From contig JAPKFG010000002.1 of NCBI GenBank assembly GCA_028821675.1, forward strand, positions 1-55,261: a stretch of DNA of 55,261 nucleotides, written 5' to 3'. Shown piece by piece: positions 7,697 through 17,064 of this stretch. Positions within the stretch are counted from its first letter, which is position 1. Every line of letters starts with the position of its first letter. This stretch comes from Candidatus Poseidoniales archaeon (GTDB lineage Archaea; Thermoplasmatota; Poseidoniia; Poseidoniales; Thalassarchaeaceae). The position numbers and the translations under genes were made by a program. The notes beneath the pieces were generated by a model that saw nothing but the letters and a program-made list of their open reading frames with translations, was not told where the DNA came from and made no database searches.

Positions 7697-8821
7697 ATGG
7701 GAAATTCGGATTCAGGTCGTGCAGTAGAAATTCAACTACGTTGGCCACCCTTTGATCCAGATACAGTCATTGCATCGGAGTTGCCCATTGCTCGCGAATA
7801 TTTCCGTCTCTCTGAGGAAACGGTCACCCCTTGTGCAGTGAAGATTGGTGACGAATCAGGATTCCATGTTCATCGCAATATTATCCGTTTATCCAGCGGA
7901 TTAGCTGAATGTCGTGATTGGGTCACATTGTCAGATCGAATTCCAGGTAGGGTCGAACGCGAGCGTAAAGGCTGGTTCATCACTCCCAGCAAGATGCATC
8001 GAGATTCTCGTCGTCTGATTCCCTTTGCTGTGATTGGAATCATTGCATCATTGGCTGTTCACGCTTTTGAACCTGCACTTGTGAATTGGGGTTGGGTAGA
8101 TGGTTCATTTGCAGGAAGTGTGCGCCTTGGTTTGCTTGATTATCCGGTTCTTCTTCTCATCTTCTTGCCTATTTTTTTCATACCAATTATGATGCGATTA
8201 CTCGCAAGCGTATGGGATTTCCAACGTACTCGAAAATTCCGCACCAATCTCCCAACAACTCCAGTTGTGAACGTACATGATGATGATTGTACAAGGGAAC
8301 AGATTTCTGCCCAAATAGATTTCCCGGAAATTCGAGATAACTGGATTTCAGCTGAGGCTCGCGTTCAAGTGGGGTTGTTGAATCCAAGACGCCCGATGCT
8401 TCTACATGCGTTGGGGCGCAAAGACGGCCAACAAAATCCACCCGGCATCTCTACCCCGTTGGCAATTCGACAGTATGCCAGTTCTGAGTTGGGGACAGGT
8501 TTCGGTGAATCTACACCACTTGAAGGGCCTGATACCAAACGTCTCTTCCTGTCACCCCTGCCTGTGCAAAAACGTGGAAATGCATGCCCTGTCCCATTGG
8601 AAGGGGGCACCCTCGCTCTCACTCTTCCCGATGGTGACTGGCCCGGAAGTGAATATCATCCTCTTTTTGCCACTCATTGGGAAATCATACTGCGGATTGA
8701 AAGAGAAACTGATGGCCCATTGCTGTTTGTATCCCCACTCATCATGAAAGATGATGGCCGAGCCAGCAATATCACCAATATGCCCACCCAATCCGGGCGT
8801 AGCGAGATGGCGGACAGTTGA
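7697..8821 (+). CDS. Hypothetical membrane protein
   Basis: 374 aa with two or three central hydrophobic helices (LIPFAVIGIIASLAVHAF; YPVLLLIFLPIFFIPIMMRLL) flanked by soluble domains. No motif recognised. It ends 26 nt before the next gene. Confidence 0.55.
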   Translation: MGNSDSGRAVEIQLRWPPFDPDTVIASELPIAREYFRLSEETVTPCAVKIGDESGFHVHRNIIRLSSGLAECRDWVTLSDRIPGRVERERKGWFITPSKMHRDSRRLIPFAVIGIIASLAVHAFEPALVNWGWVDGSFAGSVRLGLLDYPVLLLIFLPIFFIPIMMRLLASVWDFQRTRKFRTNLPTTPVVNVHDDDCTREQISAQIDFPEIRDNWISAEARVQVGLLNPRRPMLLHALGRKDGQQNPPGISTPLAIRQYASSELGTGFGESTPLEGPDTKRLFLSPLPVQKRGNACPVPLEGGTLALTLPDGDWPGSEYHPLFATHWEIILRIERETDGPLLFVSPLIMKDDGRASNITNMPTQSGRSEMADS

Positions 8822-8846
8822 TGTTCTCCTTCATCTTCGCCGTGTT

Positions 8847-11800
8847 ATGATGCGACGCAATCGGCTCGCAATCATTCTCACGATACTGATGCTTTCATCT
8901 GGCTGCCTTGGAATGCTAGATAGTGGTACAGAGAATCCTGACCAAAGTAATCAGGCAAGTCAACCGCCTACAGTTCGGCTTGAACAACCCGACACATTCC
9001 TCTACAATCAATCGGTGAAAATCACAGGCCGTTTCCTTGATTCGTCAGGAGACGTAACAATTCTCGGTTCAACAGCCAATGGTGGTATCACCAGTGATGT
9101 GACCTATACCGCAAAAGATCAATTTGAGCTTGATTTCAGTATCCTTCCTTCAGGCACCCATCGAATTGATGTCACAATAACTAATGCGGCTAATCTTGCC
9201 TATACTGCCGTTGTCTTTGTGACTGTGCTTGAACCACCCGAGGCTCCGGTAGTCATTTCGGCATTCCCTCCAGTAGTGTATGTCGATGGTGATGAATCGA
9301 CAATCGCCAGAGCAAAAATCATCCATCCTGCCCTAGATACGTGCTCTGGTGTCTGGGAGGATGAACTTGACCGAGTTCAAACGGTTACAATTTCTGGTGA
9401 ATATGCGTCAATCTCCTTTGAATCAGTAGAATCTTCATTCAATGGAACATTCACTATTTCTTGTGGTAGCTCCCAGATATCAACCGACACAGTATCTGTT
9501 TTTGTCTTCGTATTCACAGAAGATAATCCGGATCTTGATGGCGACGGTATCCCTGATGAGGGGGATCGTTGTGTGGAGAGCAGTGTAGCATTCACTTCAA
9601 GTCCAACCACGGATATCGATGGAGATGGCTGTCATGATATCTCAGAGGATACTGATGACGACGATGATGGCCGGCCTGATATGTCGGATCGTTGCGGGCG
9701 TGGATTAATTGGTTGGGATTCTACCAACACCAGCCTTGACCATGATTCAGATGGCTGTCATGATGCTTCTGAAGACGACGATGACGATGATGATACAATC
9801 ACTGATTCTTTCGACAACTGCCCTCTCGGACTTCCAGGTTGGCAATCCACGGGTGCTTCAGACTACGATAGAGACGGGTGTCGCGATTCAATCGATGATT
9901 TTGATGATGACAATGATGGCATCCTTGACACCCTTGATTCGTGCCCGTACGGCATCATTGGTTGGACGCAAACTGCAGAGAATGACTACGATATGGATGG
10001 CTGCCGTGATGCTGATGAAGACGGTGACGATGATTCTGACGGTGTCGCCGATTTCGAAGATTGGTGCAATCGGACACAACTCGGTGCTGTTGTCAATATC
10101 TATGGTTGTGCATCATACGAGTGGGATGGTGATGGTGATGGTGTCATGGATGATACCGACCAATGTCCAGGCACCCCCGATGGTCTTAACGTGAACACAG
10201 TCGGTTGTGCGGACCTCGATGGCGATGGCGTATTCGCCAATGTAGACCAGTGTCCTGATTCCGAGCATCGTTGGACTGCAGATATCGATGGCTGCACAGT
10301 CCTACAGGTTCCAGTAGACTGGAATTCTGGCCCCTATTCGAATGAACGATTTGGCAAGGTCGGTGATTTCACTATTCAGACAAAATCAGGCAATTGGGTA
10401 ATGTCAAGCGATTGGGATGGACAGAGCACTTACCTATTCATCTTCAATCAGGATTCCAGTTCATACATGTCCAGCCTGTGGAATCAGGACGTAGGGCGGC
10501 TTTTGGATACAATGCCCGAGAATGGCCACATCTTCTTTGGTTCATTCGACAGTGACTATCGCAACGACATCGATGCCATGAACAACCGAGTAAATTCCTA
10601 TCGGAACGGATTGAGCGAGGACGACAAGACATGGGTTGATTCCCATGTCCACTACATCGATCAACAAGGTGGAGCCATTGGTGGTGCGCTTGGCAATGTC
10701 ATCGGTGATTGGAGTTCATTCTACTACGGTATCGATAGATTCCAGCAATGGCGTGAAATCGGTTCACTGTACAATTGGGCAGGGACACATGGGGAGCAAT
10801 ACAGATTCGATTATATTGGCAAGATGCCGTTACAGTTCAACTCTGAATTCCCCATTGAGATGCGTCGCCATGACCCCGGCGTAACCGTCGTAGATATCAT
10901 GGTCGCTCAGCGACATAGTGGTGGGTGGAGCGGAGGGCATTCATCGCTCGCAAACGGTTCATTCCCCAGTGCTTCTGTCATGCAGGCATTCAACACCATG
11001 GAGCTCTACATGCATCATGGGTGTAGCGAGCATCGTGACCGCTATCAGAAGAGTGACAGTTCCTATGGTGGTTGCCACGAATGGGATTACAGCCAATATA
11101 TGCAGATTTGTGATGAAGTCGGCAATTCCTCATCGTGCGCTACTGAATTCGGGTATTGGATTACGACATATGGTCGCGAAGGGCGCTGGTTGACCGATAT
11201 CTCCCCACGTTTGTTTGAATTAGTGGATGGCGGTGATCGCATGTTCCGTTATCGGGGCGCCAACGGTGGATGGCTGAATGTCAGTGTTTATCTTTCGAAT
11301 TGGGATGATGATGGGCTTCGACCGACGGGTGGCGAGTTGGCTTTCAACGGAGGTTCGTTCCGTGGTGAGTACAACAACGAGTCTCAGTACAAGCGAGTAC
11401 ATGATTTACAGATTCCAGAAGGAACCCAGAGAGTGGAGATTTATGCCGTCATCACTGGACATGGTTTTGGCAAGGACACTGCCAATTGCGCAGAGTTTTG
11501 TAATCATGAGCACCGTTACAGCATGAATGGACATGTCACTCAGGAAGACCACCCGATGGCCGGCAACAGCACCGTTGGTAGTGACAATGAAGGTTGTGCA
11601 AAAGAGATGCACAATGGTGCAATGGCCAATCAACTTGGCTCGTGGCCCTATGGACGGGCAGGTTGGTGTGCGGGCCAAGACGTCAAACCGTGGACATCCG
11701 ACATCAGCCAGTGGATCGATTGGGTGGGCAATCAGAACAGTCTTCGATACCAAGGCCTGTACAATGGCCAGAATTATGTCCCTCAGAACGAACAATCTGG

Positions 11801-11978
11801 AGCCAACCAGAATATACACGCCAACATCTGGGTTGTCTATTACTCAAACATCAGTACCAACGGAAGCGCACAACTGGATAATTCTCCCAATCCTCCACCA
11901 CCCGCCGGAAATGATGACATGCCACAGAATAGCGTCGAATTCGCACGAGAGGAAGAATGCACGCCCAGAGATGACTAG
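8847..11978 (+). CDS. Lipobox-anchored surface protein: thrombospondin type-3 (Ca-binding) repeats fused to a C-terminal PNGase F-like domain
   Basis: The start is set at MMRRNRLAIILTILMLSSGC (signal peptide plus lipobox-like LSSGC). The track start 8751 overlaps the previous gene. About 10 DxDxDGxxDxxD repeats lie at roughly 9516-10270. The C-terminal ~320 aa matches motifs I recall from Elizabethkingia PNGase F: CHEWD (vs CDEWDRY), ITGHGFGKD (vs ISGWGHAK), NCAEFCNHEH (vs GCAEWCFRTH) and WPYGRAGWCAGQDVKPW (vs WAPDRAGWCPGMAVP). Confidence 0.8.
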   Translation: MMRRNRLAIILTILMLSSGCLGMLDSGTENPDQSNQASQPPTVRLEQPDTFLYNQSVKITGRFLDSSGDVTILGSTANGGITSDVTYTAKDQFELDFSILPSGTHRIDVTITNAANLAYTAVVFVTVLEPPEAPVVISAFPPVVYVDGDESTIARAKIIHPALDTCSGVWEDELDRVQTVTISGEYASISFESVESSFNGTFTISCGSSQISTDTVSVFVFVFTEDNPDLDGDGIPDEGDRCVESSVAFTSSPTTDIDGDGCHDISEDTDDDDDGRPDMSDRCGRGLIGWDSTNTSLDHDSDGCHDASEDDDDDDDTITDSFDNCPLGLPGWQSTGASDYDRDGCRDSIDDFDDDNDGILDTLDSCPYGIIGWTQTAENDYDMDGCRDADEDGDDDSDGVADFEDWCNRTQLGAVVNIYGCASYEWDGDGDGVMDDTDQCPGTPDGLNVNTVGCADLDGDGVFANVDQCPDSEHRWTADIDGCTVLQVPVDWNSGPYSNERFGKVGDFTIQTKSGNWVMSSDWDGQSTYLFIFNQDSSSYMSSLWNQDVGRLLDTMPENGHIFFGSFDSDYRNDIDAMNNRVNSYRNGLSEDDKTWVDSHVHYIDQQGGAIGGALGNVIGDWSSFYYGIDRFQQWREIGSLYNWAGTHGEQYRFDYIGKMPLQFNSEFPIEMRRHDPGVTVVDIMVAQRHSGGWSGGHSSLANGSFPSASVMQAFNTMELYMHHGCSEHRDRYQKSDSSYGGCHEWDYSQYMQICDEVGNSSSCATEFGYWITTYGREGRWLTDISPRLFELVDGGDRMFRYRGANGGWLNVSVYLSNWDDDGLRPTGGELAFNGGSFRGEYNNESQYKRVHDLQIPEGTQRVEIYAVITGHGFGKDTANCAEFCNHEHRYSMNGHVTQEDHPMAGNSTVGSDNEGCAKEMHNGAMANQLGSWPYGRAGWCAGQDVKPWTSDISQWIDWVGNQNSLRYQGLYNGQNYVPQNEQSGANQNIHANIWVVYYSNISTNGSAQLDNSPNPPPPAGNDDMPQNSVEFAREEECTPRDD

Positions 11979-12019
11979 ACAGCGCCACCCTCTTGAGGGG
12001 CAGACGGCACACCCCCTTC

Positions 12020-12985
12020 ATGCGCTTCGCCGTTTTGGGTGCCGGCTCCTTTGGGACAGCGATTGGCACCCATCTTGAAAATCTAGGTCTAGATGTCACG
12101 CTTTGGCGACGTTCATCCAATTCCAATCTGGACGCAGTCATCGCTGAATCAGATGTTTTGATATTAGGAGTTCCAGCACAAGAAATGCGCCAATTCCTAT
12201 CGCAGATTAACACCGATAAGCCGATTGTCAGCCTCGCTAAGGGAATTGAAGCATCCAATCTCAAACGAATGTCTCAGGTTGTTTCTGCTACACTTGGCTC
12301 CAATCCTTACGCCGTCTTATCCGGCCCATCTTTTTCCAAGGATATCATCGCAGGGAATCCAGTGGGATTGACGCTTGCATCGAAGGACAAGGCATTACGT
12401 GACTCTCTGCAATCGCTCCTCTCCAATGATTTGGTTGACATCAAAGTCACCGACGATGTTGCTGGAGTAGAAATCGGTGGCGCATTGAAGAATGTCTTTG
12501 CAATCGGTGCTGGGATTCTAGCCGGTATCGATGTCGGTGACAGCATGGCCGGAGATTGGTTCACCCGTTGCATGGTCGAAATGAGGGATGTGGGCCAAGT
12601 CCTTGGTGGACGATGGGAGACATTTAGTGGACGCAGTGGGCTTGGTGATTTGGTTATCACATGCACCGAAAATTCACGCAATTTTCGCTTCGGGCAGGCA
12701 TTTACCAAGCACGGCTCCATCGATATGGCACTCTCTGAAATTGACTCGACAGTGGAAGGTGTCGCTACACTTGAGGCCATTCACAAGATCACACAATCAC
12801 GTGGGATGATGACCCCAATCATTCGCGTGTTGTATCAAACAGTCCACGAAGGCAGTATATCTCCCCATGATTTCCTAAGTGAAGTTCGCAGACTTGATGG
12901 AAAGCGCCTCAAAGAAGGAGCCTCTACCGGTTCAGTCGTCATGCGTCGTTTGTTGCCTAAGGTGTGGTATCGTAGGCGGCGCTAA
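12020..12985 (+). CDS. gpsA: NAD(P)H-dependent sn-glycerol-3-phosphate dehydrogenase (bacterial GpsA type)
   Basis: MRFAVLGAGSFGTAIG Rossmann start, plus LSGPSFSKDI, GGALKNVFAIGAGI, GLGDLVITCTENSRNFRFG and TVEG. These are collinear with E. coli GpsA motifs. The start could be 11993 or 12020. Confidence 0.9.
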   Translation: MRFAVLGAGSFGTAIGTHLENLGLDVTLWRRSSNSNLDAVIAESDVLILGVPAQEMRQFLSQINTDKPIVSLAKGIEASNLKRMSQVVSATLGSNPYAVLSGPSFSKDIIAGNPVGLTLASKDKALRDSLQSLLSNDLVDIKVTDDVAGVEIGGALKNVFAIGAGILAGIDVGDSMAGDWFTRCMVEMRDVGQVLGGRWETFSGRSGLGDLVITCTENSRNFRFGQAFTKHGSIDMALSEIDSTVEGVATLEAIHKITQSRGMMTPIIRVLYQTVHEGSISPHDFLSEVRRLDGKRLKEGASTGSVVMRRLLPKVWYRRRR

Positions 12986-14365
12986 TCAAAACGGTAAGAT
13001 TTTGATTAAAAACTGATATTCGATGAACCAGATCATTACCCAAATGCCAACAAGGATGAGAACGCCACCTGAGACTTGCTTGATTCGTTCCATGTTTCGC
13101 CTCATCCAATCAACAAGAACCCGCTTAGATGCGGCGATGAGTAGAATGGCACCAATCATCATCATCGCTGCTGAAAGGGCATAGATGACGAATACAGTCA
13201 TCGAACCAATGAATGTCCCAAATTCAGTTGATGCAGCTAACGTGAGCCCAATCAGTAGTGGGACCGTACAACCGATGCTAGACATGCCATATCCGACACC
13301 ATAGGAAAAGAGTCCCGAGAAGTCTCGAGTCTGCTCTTTGGGTGCTTTGTTGCGAGATAGTTTGAGTTTGACCGTCCACCATGCATTTCGCAATGGTTCC
13401 ATGATTGGTGCTGTAATCCATGCGTAGTCATATTTCAGCACCCATGCAGTCCCCATCATCAGCAACACTAGACTCACTGGCAGTAAGATGTATGTCAGCA
13501 AGGGGGCAGCTGCATTCCCTGCGATTGCAAGAATTAGGCCCAATATGAGATAGACGAGAAAGATTCCCGAAGAAGCTGCAATACCTGCAGGCAGAGCCTC
13601 TGCAAAGACATTGACATCTTCATCTTCATCACGCCCCTCATTGGCGGTGACATAGAACGTGACAAACCCAGGTAGTAAGGGAAATGCACAGGGTGCGAGG
13701 AAGGAGAGGGCTCCTGTTGCAACTGCAAGGAGCAGAACATGTGCTGAATTCACACTGACAGCACTGGCTTGACCCAGCAAAGCCGAATCGACAACATTTT
13801 CCAATTTGTCAAAGTCAATCGAGTCTCCTTGATCTTCCATCACCACCGTGCCATCCATGTCAATGACGACAACGACCGGGATACTGGATGCTCCGTAATC
13901 TGTGACCATCTGGTTACTGGGGTCGAGTGCATGTGGCCATTCGTAATTATTCTCGGTCATGTAATTTCGTAAATCGTCCATGTCATCGAGGCTTACGCTG
14001 ACTGACAAAATTATCACGCGTTCATCATCACCATATTTGTCATGAAGTGGACTGATGGTCTCTTGGGCAACCCCCTTGCAGGGTTTGCACCATGTGGCCA
14101 TGAAATCTAGAACGACGACTTTGTCATCGCTGGCCATCCCTGATTGTGATAGCATGATTCCATCGGTTGTTTCCACGGTGAATTCCGGCGCATCAGTTGT
14201 CGCACCGGTAAACTTCGTCACAATCACAATAGAGATTACAGACAAAATGAGGAGAACAACCAGAGCGTATGGTGCAACATTTTGTGTTTTCCCAATCCAT
14301 GGTTGCCTACTTTTGATCTCGTCCCAGTTCGAATAGTCTGAGTCAACTTCGAAGTCATCATCCAT
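12986..14365 (-). CDS. Thioredoxin-like (TlpA/ResA-type) domain fused to a CcdA/DsbD-family thiol-disulfide transporter
   Basis: Domain order is acidic N-terminus, one TM helix, then a Trx fold with WCKPC (14089-14078) and VVVIDMDG. This is followed by 6 or more TM helices with CcdA-type Cys-Pro motifs (FLAPCAFPLLPG; SIGCTVPLL). Confidence 0.85.
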   Translation of the reverse strand: MDDDFEVDSDYSNWDEIKSRQPWIGKTQNVAPYALVVLLILSVISIVIVTKFTGATTDAPEFTVETTDGIMLSQSGMASDDKVVVLDFMATWCKPCKGVAQETISPLHDKYGDDERVIILSVSVSLDDMDDLRNYMTENNYEWPHALDPSNQMVTDYGASSIPVVVVIDMDGTVVMEDQGDSIDFDKLENVVDSALLGQASAVSVNSAHVLLLAVATGALSFLAPCAFPLLPGFVTFYVTANEGRDEDEDVNVFAEALPAGIAASSGIFLVYLILGLILAIAGNAAAPLLTYILLPVSLVLLMMGTAWVLKYDYAWITAPIMEPLRNAWWTVKLKLSRNKAPKEQTRDFSGLFSYGVGYGMSSIGCTVPLLIGLTLAASTEFGTFIGSMTVFVIYALSAAMMMIGAILLIAASKRVLVDWMRRNMERIKQVSGGVLILVGIWVMIWFIEYQFLIKILPF

Positions 14366-14389
14366 GTGACTTCCTCACAGTTAGGGGTC

Positions 14390-15853
14390 TCACCATGTGC
14401 CTTGGTAGGGCATTCGCGCCCAGACAACAAAGAATCCGAGAATCATCATTACGAAAAGACTACCACCACCGGCAACCCATAGAATCCAGTTGCCACCCCC
14501 ATCACCCATCGCATCTAGAGAGGTTCCAGCGAAGGTTTGGACATCGGTGTTGTTGGAGATATGTGCACCATCGGTGAACATTACTTGGTAGTTGATTTCC
14601 TTGCCTTCAGTTACGGGGATAATGGCAGTTGCAGCGGCATTGCCATAGGAATAGCAAACACCGTTTTCATCACAGATTTCATCACCCTTGATTTCCATGT
14701 TATCAACGTTCCAATCGCTGGTTTGTTTGGCACCACTATCATCAATCCAGGCTGTATTCCATACTACTTGGGCACCTGAAATACCCTGCTCATCGTCGAA
14801 GAACACCATCAATTCTGCATCGTTACCCTTGAGCGTCTCTACAGTTTCAGTGACGACAGGAATATCGTTTTGCATATCGTAAGCGGTTGACTTGGGCGTT
14901 GCACTATTGATGGCTCGAGGTAGGCCTTGCTTTGCATTGGGTGTGCTTCCTTGTGAATTGTCATCTCGATCATAAACTACAGCAATCACACTGATGTTTG
15001 CTGCATTGACTGGATGAATCGGTACTTCCCCACCACCAGACATGATGACCGTTTCGGGAATGGACCAGTCTGCGACAACTGTGTAAGTTTCATCGATTGC
15101 TAGAGTGCCTTGGTCATCATCAATGACAGTAGCGCGGTGTACATTGTGCGTAATGACCTCCATACCTTCTTGGGACGAGTAAGCCAGAACATCATCTTCA
15201 ATCACAAATAGATACACTGAATAATCCAAGGTATCGGTAACGGATCCAGAAATAAATGGGATGAAATCATCATCTCCTCCATAGGTTAGGTTGACTTCAA
15301 ACCGCCATCCATCACCCATCCACTCTTGATAAACTTCGAGTTGAGTATTGGCTACTGAGCGTGACCCACTTTCGTCCATGGCTGCAATGTGGTCCTGACT
15401 GGAGACAAATCCACCATCGAATTCGCCGTCAGGTGTTCCAACGACTGAATAGAAGTCATAACGGTCGTTACTGGCTTGAATGGCCAATGGGTCATCGCCA
15501 TCTCCTCCATTGGTTTGATGGAAGGCAATCCAAGTGAATGGGACACTGGGGTCATCTCTGTAGTCGTCGTGATACTGATTGATGACGGGTTCAGAATTAG
15601 CCATGCAGGGTGAGCATGATAGACTCGTAAACAGTTCCTCAATCGGGCGATGTGTCCATTGTTCCATCGAATCAGTAGCATCATCGTCTTGGTCGTAATG
15701 ATTCACTTCGACAATGGCTGCATCGCTTGCTGCGCCAACCATTGGGACAGTTGTGAGGGACAGTAACATGACCAAAACCAGTGCGTATGGCATCGACTTA
15801 GACAAGTTCCATTCTTTCGACATTGAACGTGCGAGGTCGAGACCGGTATTCAA
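14390..15853 (-). CDS. Surface protein with an N-terminal DUF1223-like CxxC thioredoxin-fold domain and a C-terminal TM anchor
   Basis: Signal/anchor helix ALVLVMLLSLTTVPMVGAAS. The segment ELFTSLSCSPC (CSPC at 15616-15605), together with the later FH...R...VVGTPDGEFDGG, resembles the DUF1223 pattern ELFTSQGCSSCPPAD...FHVDYW...TPQ..VNG. A C-terminal helix (ILWVAGGGSLFVMMILGFFVVW) is present. The true start may be an internal Met. Confidence 0.6.
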   Translation of the reverse strand: MNTGLDLARSMSKEWNLSKSMPYALVLVMLLSLTTVPMVGAASDAAIVEVNHYDQDDDATDSMEQWTHRPIEELFTSLSCSPCMANSEPVINQYHDDYRDDPSVPFTWIAFHQTNGGDGDDPLAIQASNDRYDFYSVVGTPDGEFDGGFVSSQDHIAAMDESGSRSVANTQLEVYQEWMGDGWRFEVNLTYGGDDDFIPFISGSVTDTLDYSVYLFVIEDDVLAYSSQEGMEVITHNVHRATVIDDDQGTLAIDETYTVVADWSIPETVIMSGGGEVPIHPVNAANISVIAVVYDRDDNSQGSTPNAKQGLPRAINSATPKSTAYDMQNDIPVVTETVETLKGNDAELMVFFDDEQGISGAQVVWNTAWIDDSGAKQTSDWNVDNMEIKGDEICDENGVCYSYGNAAATAIIPVTEGKEINYQVMFTDGAHISNNTDVQTFAGTSLDAMGDGGGNWILWVAGGGSLFVMMILGFFVVWARMPYQGTW

Positions 15854-15870
15854 CCTGCCGAATTCAGCCC

Positions 15871-17055
15871 CTAAGGGGCTGTATTTGTTGCAGGCTGCAG
15901 AGGAGGGGGAGAGGGAAATGCCTGAACGTCGGGACCCACATCGGGAGTTTCAAGTAAATTGTAATCCGAATCACGCCGCAGGGCTACGAATCCAGCTCGC
16001 CGAACCGTTTCCTGCAACTCAACTTCCAAGGCACAGGTTTTCTCTGTTCCTGAGGCCGAAACGACGTTTTCCTCCATCATCGTCGACCCGATGTCATCCG
16101 CACCACCAAACAGCGCCATTTGTGCTACATCCAGACCCATTGTTGGCCAAGATCCCTGAATATGCGGGATGTTATCGAAAAACAATCTTGAAATGGCCAC
16201 ATGACGGAGGTATTCCGTGGGCCCACAACCCAATTCACTTCGATTTCGACCTTGATTCCGCTTTCCAAAGACATTCATCTCCAGTTGAACAGGCCATGCG
16301 ATGAACGAGGTGAATCCAGTCCAGCCTTTTTTCATCGCCAAATCTTGCAATTCGCGAACTCGATCCATGTGTTTGACACGATGCAATGCGCTTTCCCCAA
16401 AGCCGATTACATTGGTTGCCGAGGTGGTCAGGCCAAGAGATTGCGCTTCTTGCATGACTCTCAGCCAATTGTCGGCGCTTCCTTTCTTGGGCGAGATGTC
16501 GAGTCTAACATCGTCAACTAACATCTCAGCACCCCCTCCGGGCAATCCATGCATTCCAGCATCCTTGAGTTCAGCTAGCACCTCTAGGGTCGTTAGACTG
16601 CAGACATCAGCAATCCCTTCGATTTCGATCGGGGAAAAGCAATCGAGGGCGATGGTCGGATGGGCGTCACGCAAAAATCTGATGAGATCGGTATACCATT
16701 TGAGCGGCAAATCTGGATTGACTCCACCTTGCATCAACACCCGAACTCCATCAACGGCTTCGAGTTCAGCAAATCTGGCTGAAATCTGTTCATACGTTTG
16801 GGTGTATGTTTCCTCGTGACCCGGTGGACGATAAAATGAGCAGAATTGACAATTAATTGTACAGACATTTGTGTAATTGACATTGCGATCAATCATGTAT
16901 GTCACATGGTTTCCCGGATTGACGGTTCGACGTCGTTCAGAGGCCACACTGCGGAGTAGATTGAAGTCAGCTTCTTCGTACAACAGTGTCGCATTCTCCA
17001 CACTCAATCGAGGTGGTTCAGGGCCTCGTTGTGATTCAAGTACGTCTTGCCACAT
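15871..17055 (-). CDS. Radical SAM enzyme of the MqnC/MqnE (futalosine-pathway menaquinone) / CofH-like family
   Basis: NYTNVCTINCQFCSFYR contains the CxxxCxxC cluster (16863-16840). Also present are MQGGVNPDLP, FSPIEI, LPGGGAEML.D.VR and a HR..HMDRVRELQ block, all typical of MqnC/MqnE. I cannot separate MqnC from MqnE by eye. Confidence 0.7.
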   Translation of the reverse strand: MWQDVLESQRGPEPPRLSVENATLLYEEADFNLLRSVASERRRTVNPGNHVTYMIDRNVNYTNVCTINCQFCSFYRPPGHEETYTQTYEQISARFAELEAVDGVRVLMQGGVNPDLPLKWYTDLIRFLRDAHPTIALDCFSPIEIEGIADVCSLTTLEVLAELKDAGMHGLPGGGAEMLVDDVRLDISPKKGSADNWLRVMQEAQSLGLTTSATNVIGFGESALHRVKHMDRVRELQDLAMKKGWTGFTSFIAWPVQLEMNVFGKRNQGRNRSELGCGPTEYLRHVAISRLFFDNIPHIQGSWPTMGLDVAQMALFGGADDIGSTMMEENVVSASGTEKTCALEVELQETVRRAGFVALRRDSDYNLLETPDVGPDVQAFPSPPPLQPATNTAP

Positions 17056-17064
17056 ACCGGTCCC

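Noticed and set aside
9516-10300. Possible non-coding tandem repeat or CRISPR-like periodicity (recurrent GATGA[CT]GA[CT]GAT strings)
   Set aside because: The periodicity is the coding signature of Asp-rich thrombospondin type-3 repeats in one long open frame. The units are imperfect at the DNA level and there are no spacer-like unique segments. The alternative-frame ORFs 9709..10194(+) and 9888..10079(-) are by-products.
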